From Diplonema japonicum (taxonomy: Eukaryota; Protista; Euglenozoa: Diplonemea), in assembly GCA_964019335.1 (NCBI GenBank), contig OZ025749.1:253042-317041 (forward strand): a stretch of DNA of 64,000 nucleotides, read 5' to 3'. The translations under genes and the position numbers were made by a program. A model generated the notes under the pieces. It was not told where the DNA came from and ran no database searches. It worked only from the letters and a program-made list of their open reading frames with translations. Below are positions 49,587 to 60,729 of this stretch, in pieces; the stretch's first letter is position 1, and the number at the start of each line of letters is the position of its first letter.

Positions 49587-51326
49587 GCAGTACTCTCGCC
49601 GCGGCCTGAATCAAAAGCGACTATTTTCCTCTTCTTTTTTTTTCCTTTTTTTTTTTTCCTAGACTTATTGGGGGAAAACATTCCCTTGTTTTTTTATTTT
49701 TCGGAACGTGTTTTAACACGTGTAATTTTATTCTCCCACCCCCTGCTTCCCCCCCCCTGCCCCTTTTCGAGCGAACTGCAAAGGGTCATGTAGATCACCG
49801 CCCTCTTTCCTTATTCTTTTTTTATATCACTTCCCCCCCTTCTATCTTTCCTGAAAAAAAGAAGCGAGCCATCAGAACCGTACCTTTCACCATACTTCAA
49901 AAGAAAACTTGGTTCTTGCAGAAAAGAAAAAAAAAGAAAAAGAAGAGGAATAAAAGAAAAAAGAAAAAAACTGTGGTTAATATTTTTGTAAAGGCAACAA
50001 CACCTGTTGCTTCTCACTTGTTCCCACTGTTACTTTTTTTTTTTTCTCCTTTTTTTTTTTTTACCAAAGAGAAAAAGAATTTTTAAAATAATGGGCTACT
50101 TGGTCCCCCCCCCCCCCTTTTCTTTTGTGCTTTGGAAGCACAAGAAAAAAGGGAATTAAAACAAAAATAGCAACCTAGTTCCAACGGGCACTTTTTTTTT
50201 CTTTCGATACCCCTCCCTTAGAATTTAACCCCCCCGCGGGAAATGTAGTTTTTTTTTCCTCTTTTTCCATTCTCACCCCCCCCCTCCCCTAGATTTTTTT
50301 CCGCTTTAGATATATTCCCGTTCTAAATTCCCTCTCAAGAATCTTCATCGCCCACATCGTCCCCTTTTTTTCTTTTTTTGGGGCAGCAAGACCTTTGGCC
50401 AGGTCTAGGTGCGCAACGACACCTCCCCTTAAGCGAGTCGTTTCAGGGAAGTCTGTGCCGATGTGACAGGATCCGATAGGCGGGGGGATATGTCACCCAG
50501 GCACAGACAGACCTCTCAAAACAAGGGTAACATGGATCGCATTTGGCTTCGGCAAAAGAAAAAGATGCCCCCCACCCTACCGCGAGGAAACGGGGACCAG
50601 GCACGCCATGTCCGAGAGGTGGCGCCGCACAGGTTGGAAAGAAGCTCGCTCCAATGTCGTTGGGCTACATACACCCCACCCTATGTACTTTATGGCACAC
50701 TTGGAGCCGACTGTGGTGGTCGTACTGGGCGCCTGACTTGTGTCACCTTGACGTTAAAAAGATCTTTTCCTTTTTTTCTTTTTCTCCCCCCCCCCCCCCG
50801 TTACTAGGTGGAGCGTTAAATAGGAAAACGCAAAAACCAGTTTCTTTTTTTCTTTCTTTCTTCAGTGCCACTTAGGTGCTTTTTTTTTTCTTTCTTTAAT
50901 TTCCCTTTTCTTTTTTTTTGGGGGGACATCCACAAATACACCTCGTACCCAAAAAAAAAGTCGAATATTCATGTAATAAATGTCATTTTTTTTATTTTAT
51001 TTAAAACCCAAAATGGGTTTATTTGGGTATGGGAGGCAGAGCAGGTCTTGGTAATTCCCAGACCCCAAAACTTTGGGTATTAAGTAAATCTCATAACTTT
51101 TTTTTGGGCATTAAGTGAATTTTGGACTTTTTTTTAGGTACTAGGTGCATTTCGGCGCTTTTCTTGGGTATTAAGTGAATTACCCCCCCCATTTTTTTTC
51201 CCTCTCTTCTTTTCTTTACATATCTCAATTCCTATTTCCCTCTTCACACCAAACAGAAGATAAAGTCTACATTAGACGAAGAACGGGGCAAAAGAAATAA
51301 AAATAAATAGCGCGGATGCATAAGCC

Positions 51327-53360
51327 ATGGCGACTGACAGCGAGAGGAGTGTGCAGAAGGTAGAGGCTGTGCTGGGGGCGGCGGGGAGGATTGGTGGCCT
51401 GTACCTGTCATGCGGCGGGAGGGAAGTGTTTGAATGTTTAAAGGAAGGAGGGTTCGAGGCATTCAAGAGCAAATACCACGCAGTACTAGGCGGGGTGCTA
51501 AAGGGCCTTAACTGCGAGCAGCTTCACGAGATAGCCAGCGACAGCAGCGTAGTCGAGTACTTAGGAACGCAATGTGGGGAAGGCGAGCAGCGTGCGGTTC
51601 AGATGCTCCAGCACGCACTGGCTGCACGATACGACGATGAAGAGCTTCGAGAGTGGGCACGCGTGCAGCTCGCAGAACACGTCGACAACGAACTGGTGAG
51701 CAGCGGGATAGCACCGAGCCTCACAAGGCGCATAAGAGCCTGGCTTACCGACTACCTCTCTAACACGGAGGATGAAATCCAAACAGGTGTCCAGTCCTAT
51801 GTCACAATTGTCTCTGGCTTGCTTTCCAAGATGAACCTCGATCCTAGCCTCCCCGCCATGTGCCGCAGCTGTTCCATTCCCTGCGACAACGATGCCATGT
51901 TCCTTCTCTCTGCCGCCGCCACGCCTCCCGACACTAATAGGTTCAGTGAGGTGCTCACCCTGCACAACCCCGCGCTTCTCCTCAGCACCCTCATCGACAC
52001 CAACCCTGCTATCGGTGCAGGCTGTAAAGAGCTCTTCGCCTCCTGCACGCCGGAGGAAAGCCTCCTCCAAGAATATCACCGCCTTCTCTCCATAGAGATC
52101 GGCGAGAAGCTGAAGTCCTCCAACATCGAGGGCCTTGAGGTCGCCCGCCTCATGTTTGCCACAGCAGGTGCGGCCGACTACAAAAGGCTTGCTGACAAGT
52201 ACTACCAAGAGCTGTACAGGGAGTACGCTGCGCTCGACACGGCGGTGGACCATGGTCTCAGGACGCACATGGAAACGCGCCAGCTAGCCTTTTATCTGAT
52301 CGCCGGCATCAGCGAGCGTTTGTTTGAAGCGCTAAAGCAGTACTACAGACAGCTGTCAGTTGTCCTGAAGCACGCGAGAAGGTCCATGGAGGGGTACGTG
52401 CGACACGTGCAGCAGGAGATGCGGAGCGATGTGGCAGCCTCCTTGCATCCCGACTTCTCGAAAGACCTCCGAGAGGTGGTGTGGGAGTTGGGAGGCCTCG
52501 AGAGGAACGTGGAAGAGGTTTTGAAGAGAAACAGGATGCAGATCAGCCAGCAGAACTACGAAGAGCTCACGGACCAGGCCCTCCTGAAGGTGTATTCGGA
52601 GTTCGACAGCAGCGTGCCTTGCGGACACAAGCCGTCTCTTGCTGCACAGATTGGCGGCATTGCGCAACCTGCTTTGACAGAGGTCGAGGGTGTTGACTGG
52701 GAAAGACCCTTCGCCACCCTCTTCCTGATGCCTGTGCTTGAAGTGGAATTCATCATCCACAGAGAGCAAGCCATGGTGGCGGACAGACCCACCTTCTTGA
52801 CCTTGTCAAAGATATTGAAGTCGCCACCTAAAGTGCACGGAGTAGGGACACTAGTCACGTTTTATCACGGTGTGCGGACTTACGAAGGTGTTGTAACAAG
52901 AGCAGCTGGAGGGCAGTACGAGATAGAGGCAGACGACGGGAGATGTTTCAAAGGCGTGCGGGACATGGAGATCGTGAGGGTAGAGGCGTATAGCAGAAGT
53001 GTGTCCCCCGAGCACATGCGCGATTTAAAGGAAGTCATGACATTCGAGTGCAGCATCAAGCAAGTGTCCACTTCTGTGGCCCGGGATGGTGACTCTGCGT
53101 TGCCCCTCGTGCCACGTTCTCCTGAGTCAATAGCGCCCAATGAACAACCGTTGACTCCACACCGGCTGCCAACCCCGGAGCCCGAACCTTCTGTTACGTC
53201 TCTTAAGCAGCACATCGCAGATCTCAGTGCTGAGAATGCCGTGTTGCGATCCAACAATAAGAAGTTGTTGGCCAAGTACAAGCTGATTAAAAGGAAATTC
53301 CAAGCAGCGGAAAGGTCAAAACGGAAGAGGGGGAAGACTAGCTCACAACAGTCTCTGTGA
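51327..53360 (+). CDS. Hypothetical protein (helical, possible Tudor-like segment, C-terminal coiled coil)
   Basis: 677-aa ORF with gene-like composition. Confidence 0.75.
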   Translation: MATDSERSVQKVEAVLGAAGRIGGLYLSCGGREVFECLKEGGFEAFKSKYHAVLGGVLKGLNCEQLHEIASDSSVVEYLGTQCGEGEQRAVQMLQHALAARYDDEELREWARVQLAEHVDNELVSSGIAPSLTRRIRAWLTDYLSNTEDEIQTGVQSYVTIVSGLLSKMNLDPSLPAMCRSCSIPCDNDAMFLLSAAATPPDTNRFSEVLTLHNPALLLSTLIDTNPAIGAGCKELFASCTPEESLLQEYHRLLSIEIGEKLKSSNIEGLEVARLMFATAGAADYKRLADKYYQELYREYAALDTAVDHGLRTHMETRQLAFYLIAGISERLFEALKQYYRQLSVVLKHARRSMEGYVRHVQQEMRSDVAASLHPDFSKDLREVVWELGGLERNVEEVLKRNRMQISQQNYEELTDQALLKVYSEFDSSVPCGHKPSLAAQIGGIAQPALTEVEGVDWERPFATLFLMPVLEVEFIIHREQAMVADRPTFLTLSKILKSPPKVHGVGTLVTFYHGVRTYEGVVTRAAGGQYEIEADDGRCFKGVRDMEIVRVEAYSRSVSPEHMRDLKEVMTFECSIKQVSTSVARDGDSALPLVPRSPESIAPNEQPLTPHRLPTPEPEPSVTSLKQHIADLSAENAVLRSNNKKLLAKYKLIKRKFQAAERSKRKRGKTSSQQSL

Positions 53361-53441
53361 AAAGGGAAAGGTTCGCCTCCCCCCAATTTCTTCTTCTTCT
53401 TCTTCTTCTTCCATCCTTTTTGAATCAGCCCCTCACAGGAC

Positions 53442-53729
53442 ATGGAGGGCGCAGTGGAACCACAAAAATGTGTCAATTGCGAACAGGAGTACACGGATAA
53501 GGGAAATTACAATGGAGCTTGCTGCTACCATCCAGGGGCATATGGCAGGTGCGGGCCTATTAAGAAGGGGAATGGTTGGACTTGCTGCGGGCGAGATATC
53601 CACGAAAAGGGATGCAACACTGGGATGCACAAGAAAGCGCTTGAGCAACACCACCGCCTCCTTGAGGACATGGAGCAACTCATGAGGAAGAACAATGAAA
53701 ACAAAGAAAATAAGGGCAAACAAAATTAA
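53442..53729 (+). CDS. Small Cys/His zinc-binding protein (Btk/CHORD-like motif)
   Basis: CVNC..N..GACCYHPG..WTCCG..GC..G.H; CACAG acceptor just upstream of ATG. Confidence 0.7.
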   Translation: MEGAVEPQKCVNCEQEYTDKGNYNGACCYHPGAYGRCGPIKKGNGWTCCGRDIHEKGCNTGMHKKALEQHHRLLEDMEQLMRKNNENKENKGKQN

Positions 53730-53959
53730 ACAATAAGCAGGGGGGGGGGGGGGGGGGGGACAACCGGTGGTAGTTTCTCGACTGTATATACATTTTACCC
53801 ATTATTTTACGTAGATCTGTTGTGTGATTTCTTTTTTACAAAAAAAAGTGAGATCCGTTTGCCGTGCAGCGTGCTACTCTTACCCTTCTTTAAAAATATC
53901 TCTTCTTCTTATACACACGGGTGGATCGTTGATAGTACCTTCAAGTCACCAAAAGGGCA

Positions 53960-55069
53960 ATGTCTGACGTGCGGTACCTTCACCTGTCGAGTACACTAAA
54001 TGTCAGCATCAACTCCAGCAGCAGTGGTGTCTGGCAGTCCGAAGCGTTGCCCATCAACGGCGAGCAATGGGTGGCCACTACAGACCTGGCACCCTCCGCA
54101 GGCGAACAACGTAGCACAGTGAGAGAGTATAGCATACCCCTTCTCAAGAGCGGGCTTCAAAAAGCTGTCCGGAGAAGGAAGGAACACGCCGCAGTGTGTC
54201 TTTTGCTGCAGCTTCTGTTACAGAAAGGCGGGGCTTTGGAGGTGCTCAGAAGACTACCGATAATATGCATTGAGGACTCCGTGCCGCACCCTTTGATATG
54301 CCTCAGCCTGTGGTGCATGCTTGCGTGCAGCAAAGGTTACGACTTACCGATAGAGGTCATAAAAGGCCTTCTGGAAGGGACGTGGGAAATTACAAAAATA
54401 GAGAAACGGCTGTGCGTTCGGACGAAGGACCACATTGAGGACAAGTCTGCAGACTTAATGACGGCGTGCATCACGATGCGCAGAGCGTATGGCGGGATGC
54501 AGGGCGATATGAAGATGCTTGAGAGTTACGAAAAGGCCGACCTTTCAGCATGCAGGTGGATGTACAGCAGCGAGCACGAGCCTATGAACTTGACGGAGAA
54601 GGATTTAATAAACTACGTGCTCCCTGAAAGCAGCAAGCTTCTTGAAGGTGTTGACTTTCATTGCTTTAGGTTCCTGCTGCCCAAGGTGTCGTCTCGGTGC
54701 GTCGAAATGGGCTTTCCCTTTGCAACTGAGAACTATGTGTCTCACCTCTGGTGGTCTTTCCGCTCCGGCGTTTACAAGGAAAAGCTGCTCGTCGATTTGA
54801 ACGGAGCCGCGGTCGCTCCCTCGCCTCCAGGGGAGGATGAACCCTACTGGGGGCTTATAGAACCCATCGTAAATGAAGTCATTGCGGAGGTCGACCCGTG
54901 GGGCATGTCGCCTGTTGAAAGGCCCAAGCTTCCAGGGTCGCAGCCACAAGGGGCCGCAAAGACTCAAAAGCGCAAAGCCGACAAGCAGCCCACCATTGCC
55001 GATTATTTGGCAAAAAAGCAAAAGCCGTTTCCTGTTAAGAACGCGAACGAGGTTATTGTAATAGATTGA
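53960..55069 (+). CDS. Hypothetical protein with an MgsA/RarA C-terminal-like helical motif
   Basis: LLKSGLQKAVRR..LRRLPIICIED. Confidence 0.6.
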   Translation: MSDVRYLHLSSTLNVSINSSSSGVWQSEALPINGEQWVATTDLAPSAGEQRSTVREYSIPLLKSGLQKAVRRRKEHAAVCLLLQLLLQKGGALEVLRRLPIICIEDSVPHPLICLSLWCMLACSKGYDLPIEVIKGLLEGTWEITKIEKRLCVRTKDHIEDKSADLMTACITMRRAYGGMQGDMKMLESYEKADLSACRWMYSSEHEPMNLTEKDLINYVLPESSKLLEGVDFHCFRFLLPKVSSRCVEMGFPFATENYVSHLWWSFRSGVYKEKLLVDLNGAAVAPSPPGEDEPYWGLIEPIVNEVIAEVDPWGMSPVERPKLPGSQPQGAAKTQKRKADKQPTIADYLAKKQKPFPVKNANEVIVID

Positions 55070-55140
55070 TGTACATTGTTCCGTCATTTTTTTTCTTTCT
55101 TTTGGAAATTTAAAAAAAAAAAGAAAATCCTCTAGGTAAC

Positions 55141-56486
55141 ATGAGGCTCCCTGTGTTGCTGACCTTGTGCGTGGGCGTCGCGTTGTGTGCGAACGAGACC
55201 AACCCCTTCCTGGCCGATGCAGACAGGGAGGTCGCCATTCACGAGCTGACAACGGCTTATTTCAATGCCTACGTCAAGGTGAAGAAGAAGGGGTACCACG
55301 TTGTTGTCCTTGAGAACCTCCCCAAGGAAAGGCACGAACTAGAGTGTCCCGCCCACTGCACATGGATGGACAAGCAGTTTAGCGGGATGGCAGAGGCTTA
55401 CCTGACGCAGAGGAATGGAAAGCTGGTGTACGAATACGACGGAAGGCAGCTGTACTTCGCACGAGTCTCCAGTGAGAGCAGGAGGCCTACCCTGATGTTG
55501 TTTAAAAGCAATGATGCTAGGGGCACCAAATACGGACACGCTAACTTGCTTGAACCTGCCAAAAAAGAACCAGCACATGAAAAGCTGGTCAAAGAGAACA
55601 GGGAGAAGTTGGGAAAGACATTGAAAAGTGTACGCAGGGCTGACGCGCGCAGCGAGCGGAGGCGACGACAGTTCACAACGCAGGAGGTCCGCGAGGAGGG
55701 GATGTACGGTGTGCGGGACTACCAGATGCCGTGGATGAACAACTTGTGCAAATGGATTAAGCTGGAGACAAAGCACCTTTTGCACGAGTGCCCGCAAGAC
55801 GTGGACAGGAACATTGCAGCCACCGAGAAGAAGAGCGAGACTGGAAAGCAGATCCTCGTTGCCATCATCGGGGTCAGCTCCCTTCTGTATGTGTACGTTC
55901 AGTAAGACATCCCTTACAGGTACATCGCCCGTGCGTTTGGTATTCTGCTCAAGCCAATAGACTCGTCTGCAGAGGACAAGAAGCGCCTCTTGCACAAGGC
56001 TAAGTACATTGCTGAATTGCAGGACGAGCATGTGATGCACAGCATTGTGGATGGTTGGTGGCAGGTGTGGACAACACTGGCATTCCTCGCTTGTTTGGTG
56101 CTTGTTTCCTGTTGTGCATCTGGAATGTACTGGAACTTCCTGAACAAGCAGCCCCTGTTAGGTGGGGATTTTGGTGCACCTTACCCAAGGTTCACAGGAT
56201 GGACCAAGTCCCTCCCCATGCAATCCGTGGCCATTGCGCTGGCTGTGTCGACCGCCAGTCTCTCTCTCCTTGCGCTTGGTAGAGTGGTATGGTGTACAAT
56301 ACAACAACAAGCAAATCACAGGCAACTATTAACTACGTGTACCTCAAGTTTCCGTTGTTTTTCGTATGCACCTGTCTCTGGGTCGCTTCTGGCAGCTTCT
56401 TGCTGTACCTCTTCGTGGAGCGCAACCAGTACTACCTCCAGAACACGTTCATGCATGACAAGCTCCATATCTACCTTGGAAAATAG
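55141..56486 (+). CDS. OST3/OST6 (TUSC3/MAGT1)-like oligosaccharyltransferase subunit, 3 exons
   Basis: Signal peptide, thioredoxin-like segment with CPAHC, four TM helices, SGMYWNFLNKQP motif; two GT-AG introns. Confidence 0.6.
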
Positions 56487-56923
56487 TGTTTTCGCCGTCC
56501 GATTAGTGTGACCAACAGGCGACGACCGTCTGTTGTTGCTCTTTCCCTTTTTTTTTGTTCGTTTTGTTTGTGTCACAGAAACAAAGCCTGACCAGTTTAA
56601 AGGAAGAAAAAAAAAAAGAAAATGAGACCATGAAAACATCCTAAGGCTAAGGAATATTATTAATTCCTTTGTGTTCCACAACGAGCACACGAAGGATGGG
56701 AGGGAAAACTGGATAAACAAAGAAAAAAAGTACGTCTTGCTCGGGGTTTGCCAGTGGGTGAATGGCGGGTTTCAAAGAACGTATGTTCTTGTAGACAACT
56801 TCAAGAATATTGAGTGCGCTGTGCTGCAACTTTAAGTTCTTCTTTTTTGTCCCTTTTTCCTGCACGACAAACCAACAAAAACCAGGTTATCCCCCTTTTT
56901 TTAAAACCACTTCCCCAACACAA

Positions 56924-58579
56924 ATGTGGCGTGCAGCATGCTCTGTGGCCCTTGTCGGGCTGCTTGCGGTGCCTTCAGCGGCGCACCTGACTGTGGTGTG
57001 CACGGCGACGTCGCCGCAGCAACCAAACTCATTCGCCTTCTGGTTCATGACCTACGACCACAGCCCTGATGTGGACAAGGCGCCTGGGATGGTGTACATC
57101 AAGGACCCCAGTGCGAACGTGGTGCAGGCGGAGTTCTCGAACTTCTGCAAACCCGGTGCGGGGGCGGGGCTGCCGAAGGGAGGAGCCACGGTGGACGCGT
57201 TCGAAAGCCTTTTGAAAACGCACTGCCTGGGACTGTCTGACCCGAGCGGGAGGGTCCCCATCTTCTCGGACAGCCAGATGACCTGCTACAACCCAGACAC
57301 GAACAACCCTATCCCCCACTACGCCCTGGGGGTGACGGGGAGCACCGCCGTCGACACCCCTTACCACACGAGCGTCATGACAGACTACTACTTCGTGGTG
57401 GTGGAGAACACGAACGGGGGCGCGTTGAAGTCAGGGAGCTACGTGACTTGGTTCACAGGGACGGACCAGAACATGGACCCCTGCAGCACGGACTACCCCT
57501 GCTCCCTCGCCTCGCAGGCCTGGACCTTCGACATCTCTGTGATCAACGGGGGCCCGAGGTGCAAGACGGCTCCTCCCTCTTCCCTGACGGCCAACGTGGT
57601 CCCTGCGACTCTCAGCCAGTGCGACGGGTCGGTGCTCTCCATCTTCGTGGGGGAGGTGTGCCAGGCGCAGTGCGAGGCTGGCTACTCGAAGGCCGGGGTG
57701 CTGGAGTGCGTGGACAACGGGGACGGGACGGGGTCCTGGAGCAGCGGCTTCGCCTGCACGAACGACGTGGTGTGCGAGGTACCGTCGGCGGCGAACCAGA
57801 ACAACCACCTCATCAGCCCGGACATCAAGGGAGTGCTTCCCCCGTGCGGGGCGCTCACCCCCGCGGACACGAGCTGCCCGTACACCTGCAACGGGTTCGG
57901 AAACCAGGCGGGTCCCGGGAAGATCAGGTGCACCAACGTGAACGGGAAGGGGGTGTGGAAGGCGGACGTGGCTGCGGGAGGGTACGACGGATGCGCTTGG
58001 ACGGTCGCCCCTCCTCCCACCCCGCAGCCCACCAATGCGCCGTGCAATGACGGGGTGGAGGTGGTGGTGGGGGCAGGACCTTCTTCTGCTGTCCTTCTCG
58101 GGACCCCTTTGGACGGGGAGGACCGCTTCGAAGGCAGTGGGGTGAGGCTCACCAGGATCCCTTCGAGCTTTCAACAGATGAGGCTGCACGTCCCCGCCCT
58201 CCCTGTGGCCGAGGGGACCTCGATGGAGCTGAAGTGCTGTGGAACGGAGGTGTGCGAGTTCGTGGTGTCCCACTACCACTGCCCTCCTTGCTCTAGAACG
58301 GTGAACGGGGGCTTCCCCTCCCTCCTTCCCCTCTCTGGTTTTACGTCCGCCTCCTGCGCACCTCGGTACGGCACCACAGAGCAGAGGATGGTCTCCTACA
58401 GGATCCAGGTGCAGCCGGGGGAGTCCGTTGAGGTCCCCAAGACCACCACAGAGGCCTCCTCTTTCGTCGTCTTCAGCCAGACTGGGGCCCTTCCCAGTGA
58501 TTGGTGTCCTGCTCTGGAAAACAGGGGTTGTGGAGGACCCTGTCCCGTCACCGTTTGCTCTTGCCACACTACCTTGTGA
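56924..58579 (+). CDS. Secreted Cys-rich protein with Sushi-like modules
   Basis: Signal peptide; GEVCQAQCEAGY..LEC..G.WS; PPPTPQPT linker. Confidence 0.75.
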   Translation: MWRAACSVALVGLLAVPSAAHLTVVCTATSPQQPNSFAFWFMTYDHSPDVDKAPGMVYIKDPSANVVQAEFSNFCKPGAGAGLPKGGATVDAFESLLKTHCLGLSDPSGRVPIFSDSQMTCYNPDTNNPIPHYALGVTGSTAVDTPYHTSVMTDYYFVVVENTNGGALKSGSYVTWFTGTDQNMDPCSTDYPCSLASQAWTFDISVINGGPRCKTAPPSSLTANVVPATLSQCDGSVLSIFVGEVCQAQCEAGYSKAGVLECVDNGDGTGSWSSGFACTNDVVCEVPSAANQNNHLISPDIKGVLPPCGALTPADTSCPYTCNGFGNQAGPGKIRCTNVNGKGVWKADVAAGGYDGCAWTVAPPPTPQPTNAPCNDGVEVVVGAGPSSAVLLGTPLDGEDRFEGSGVRLTRIPSSFQQMRLHVPALPVAEGTSMELKCCGTEVCEFVVSHYHCPPCSRTVNGGFPSLLPLSGFTSASCAPRYGTTEQRMVSYRIQVQPGESVEVPKTTTEASSFVVFSQTGALPSDWCPALENRGCGGPCPVTVCSCHTTL

Positions 58580-59623
58580 TGATGATGATGGTGATGGGCA
58601 AGAGCGAGAATAATATTTTCTTTTTTTTTACAAAAACTTATCCTTCAAAAAATAATTTTATATCTCGAGCGAAAAAAACTCAAAAATTTTATAACTATAT
58701 GCAACTTGTGCATTTTATAACTATATGCAGCTTATTTGCTGAATCCCAGTTTTTTAAAGCCTTTTTGCTCGTGCGAACAACGAGCAAGACATTTAGTCAT
58801 AACGAATTATATTTTCACCCATGTTTTTATCTACCGGTAGGTAAAACCTTTTGTTTCCTCTTGTTCCCTCTCTTTTCAAAACAACTTCTTTGCTCCCTTT
58901 TTATTAATAAAGAAAAAAGAAAGAATCGTATTTTTAAGGTAGAAGAACAAACGATAGTCGAAGAGAAAAAGGAAAAAAAGAAGAAAAAAAAGAGCAAAAC
59001 CAAATTTCTTTGGTCTCTTTTTCTTTAATTTTTTTCAAGCAGATAGTTCATGCTTTTGTTGCACGCATAACGCTACTTAGTGCTGCAATCAAATCCCATC
59101 TTTATTACTTTTTCGTTCCTTCCTTTCGTTTCTTCTTCTTCTTTTTTCTCCCTCTTTTCAGTTTCATATTTTAAATCACCCTTCATTTATTGCTTTTGTT
59201 CATGATGCAAGGTTCATGCTTCCCCCCTTGGGATGATAACTTTCATTTACTGAGACAAAATGAGGGTTTCTTTCTTTTCTTCCTTTCTTTTTAAATGTCT
59301 CTTTTTTCCAATAAAAAAAACGATATTTTTACGAAGTGAAAATGAAAAAAAAGAAGAAATAACAAACATCTTTTTATTTGTCTCTTTTCTTTATTTCTTT
59401 TTCGTTCCTTCATTCGTTTCTTCTTCTTCTTTTTCTCTCCCTTTTCATCTTCTCATTTCTATATTTTAATCAATTCAACCCCCTCCTCAAGGGTTTCTTT
59501 CTTTTCTTCCTTTCTTTTTAAATGTCTCTTTTTCTCCTTTTTTTTTTCTCCAATAAAAACGATATTTTTAAACCCGAACATAATAGGGGTTCTAAGAAAA
59601 AGTAGAAAAGCAAACAAAATAAA

Positions 59624-60466
59624 ATGGGTCTTGCTGCACGCACAAGCGGTGGGTGTGTGAAGGCAGGATTTCAGGGACGTGTGGGTGTTCTTGTTGTAGA
59701 CAACTTCAAGAAGAGGAATGCGCTGTGCGGCCGTGCGATGGTTACGCTGCGAGAGGGTTTCAACGCGCTGAAGGAAGAAGGCGTTGCTGCCGTGCTGGTG
59801 TGCGGCTCGAAGGGGAGGTTTTGCTCCGGGGCGGAGATGCCCACGTTGGTGCATGGGGGGTTCCAGGACTACATGCACACGACTCTTGAGGGAATGCGGG
59901 CCGGCGGCCCCCTCACCTATGCCTTGCTTGAGGGGCATGCCATTGGTGGGGGTGCGGAGCTAGCTATGTCCGCTGATCAGAGGATTTGGACGGAGACCTC
60001 GTCACTGCAGTTTGTGCAGACGAAGATGGGGATCACCACAGGATGGGGCGGCACTAAGTTCCTTGCTGAAGCCGTTGGCCGCTCCACTGCATTAAGGCTT
60101 CTGTGCACGTCGCACAACGTCTCTTCTTACGCCGAGGCACAGGCTCTGAGAATTGCTGACCACCACCTTACACTACCACCGCAACAGGGGCGCATTGACG
60201 TCAACCTCGAGGGTGTGGGTCCCTGCCCTTTGACCGCCCTTGACGCCGAAGCAGTTCTCACGCCCCTTGCCAGGCATGCCTTGAGCTTCATCGATGGCTT
60301 GCACAAGCATAACTACGTCGATGCGAATTCCTCGACGAAAGAGATCCTCGCCTCCCAACCCCAGGACAGGCTTCTCACCGAACAGCGAGAGTTCTCCCTG
60401 CTGTGGCGGAACAAGGACCACAATGCAGCTTTGGAGGCGGTGTGGAACGTTCCTAGCACTGCGTGA
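59624..60466 (+). CDS. Crotonase/enoyl-CoA hydratase family, ECHDC1-like
   Basis: KRNAL, FCSGA, AIGGGAELA, FVQTKMGITTGWGG. Confidence 0.85.
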   Translation: MGLAARTSGGCVKAGFQGRVGVLVVDNFKKRNALCGRAMVTLREGFNALKEEGVAAVLVCGSKGRFCSGAEMPTLVHGGFQDYMHTTLEGMRAGGPLTYALLEGHAIGGGAELAMSADQRIWTETSSLQFVQTKMGITTGWGGTKFLAEAVGRSTALRLLCTSHNVSSYAEAQALRIADHHLTLPPQQGRIDVNLEGVGPCPLTALDAEAVLTPLARHALSFIDGLHKHNYVDANSSTKEILASQPQDRLLTEQREFSLLWRNKDHNAALEAVWNVPSTA

Positions 60467-60729
60467 TGATTTTTTTCTTAGATTCTTTTTTTGGGGGGAG
60501 GATCCGTTTTACTTTTTTTTAAAGGTTTTTAAATTGAGTTGGGTGCCGAAAACGATTTCTTTTTTAAAATGACAATTAAAGGGGGAGGAAAACTAACAAA
60601 GGGTGTGTGGAGAGACATGAAACAACAAAAAAGGAAAGGGAAGAACAGAAAGATGAAGAGAAAAAGAGAGAAGATGCTTCACTACAGCAGCAGCCGATCT
60701 GTTGAGCCCAGGAGGGGTTTCCTGTTTGT

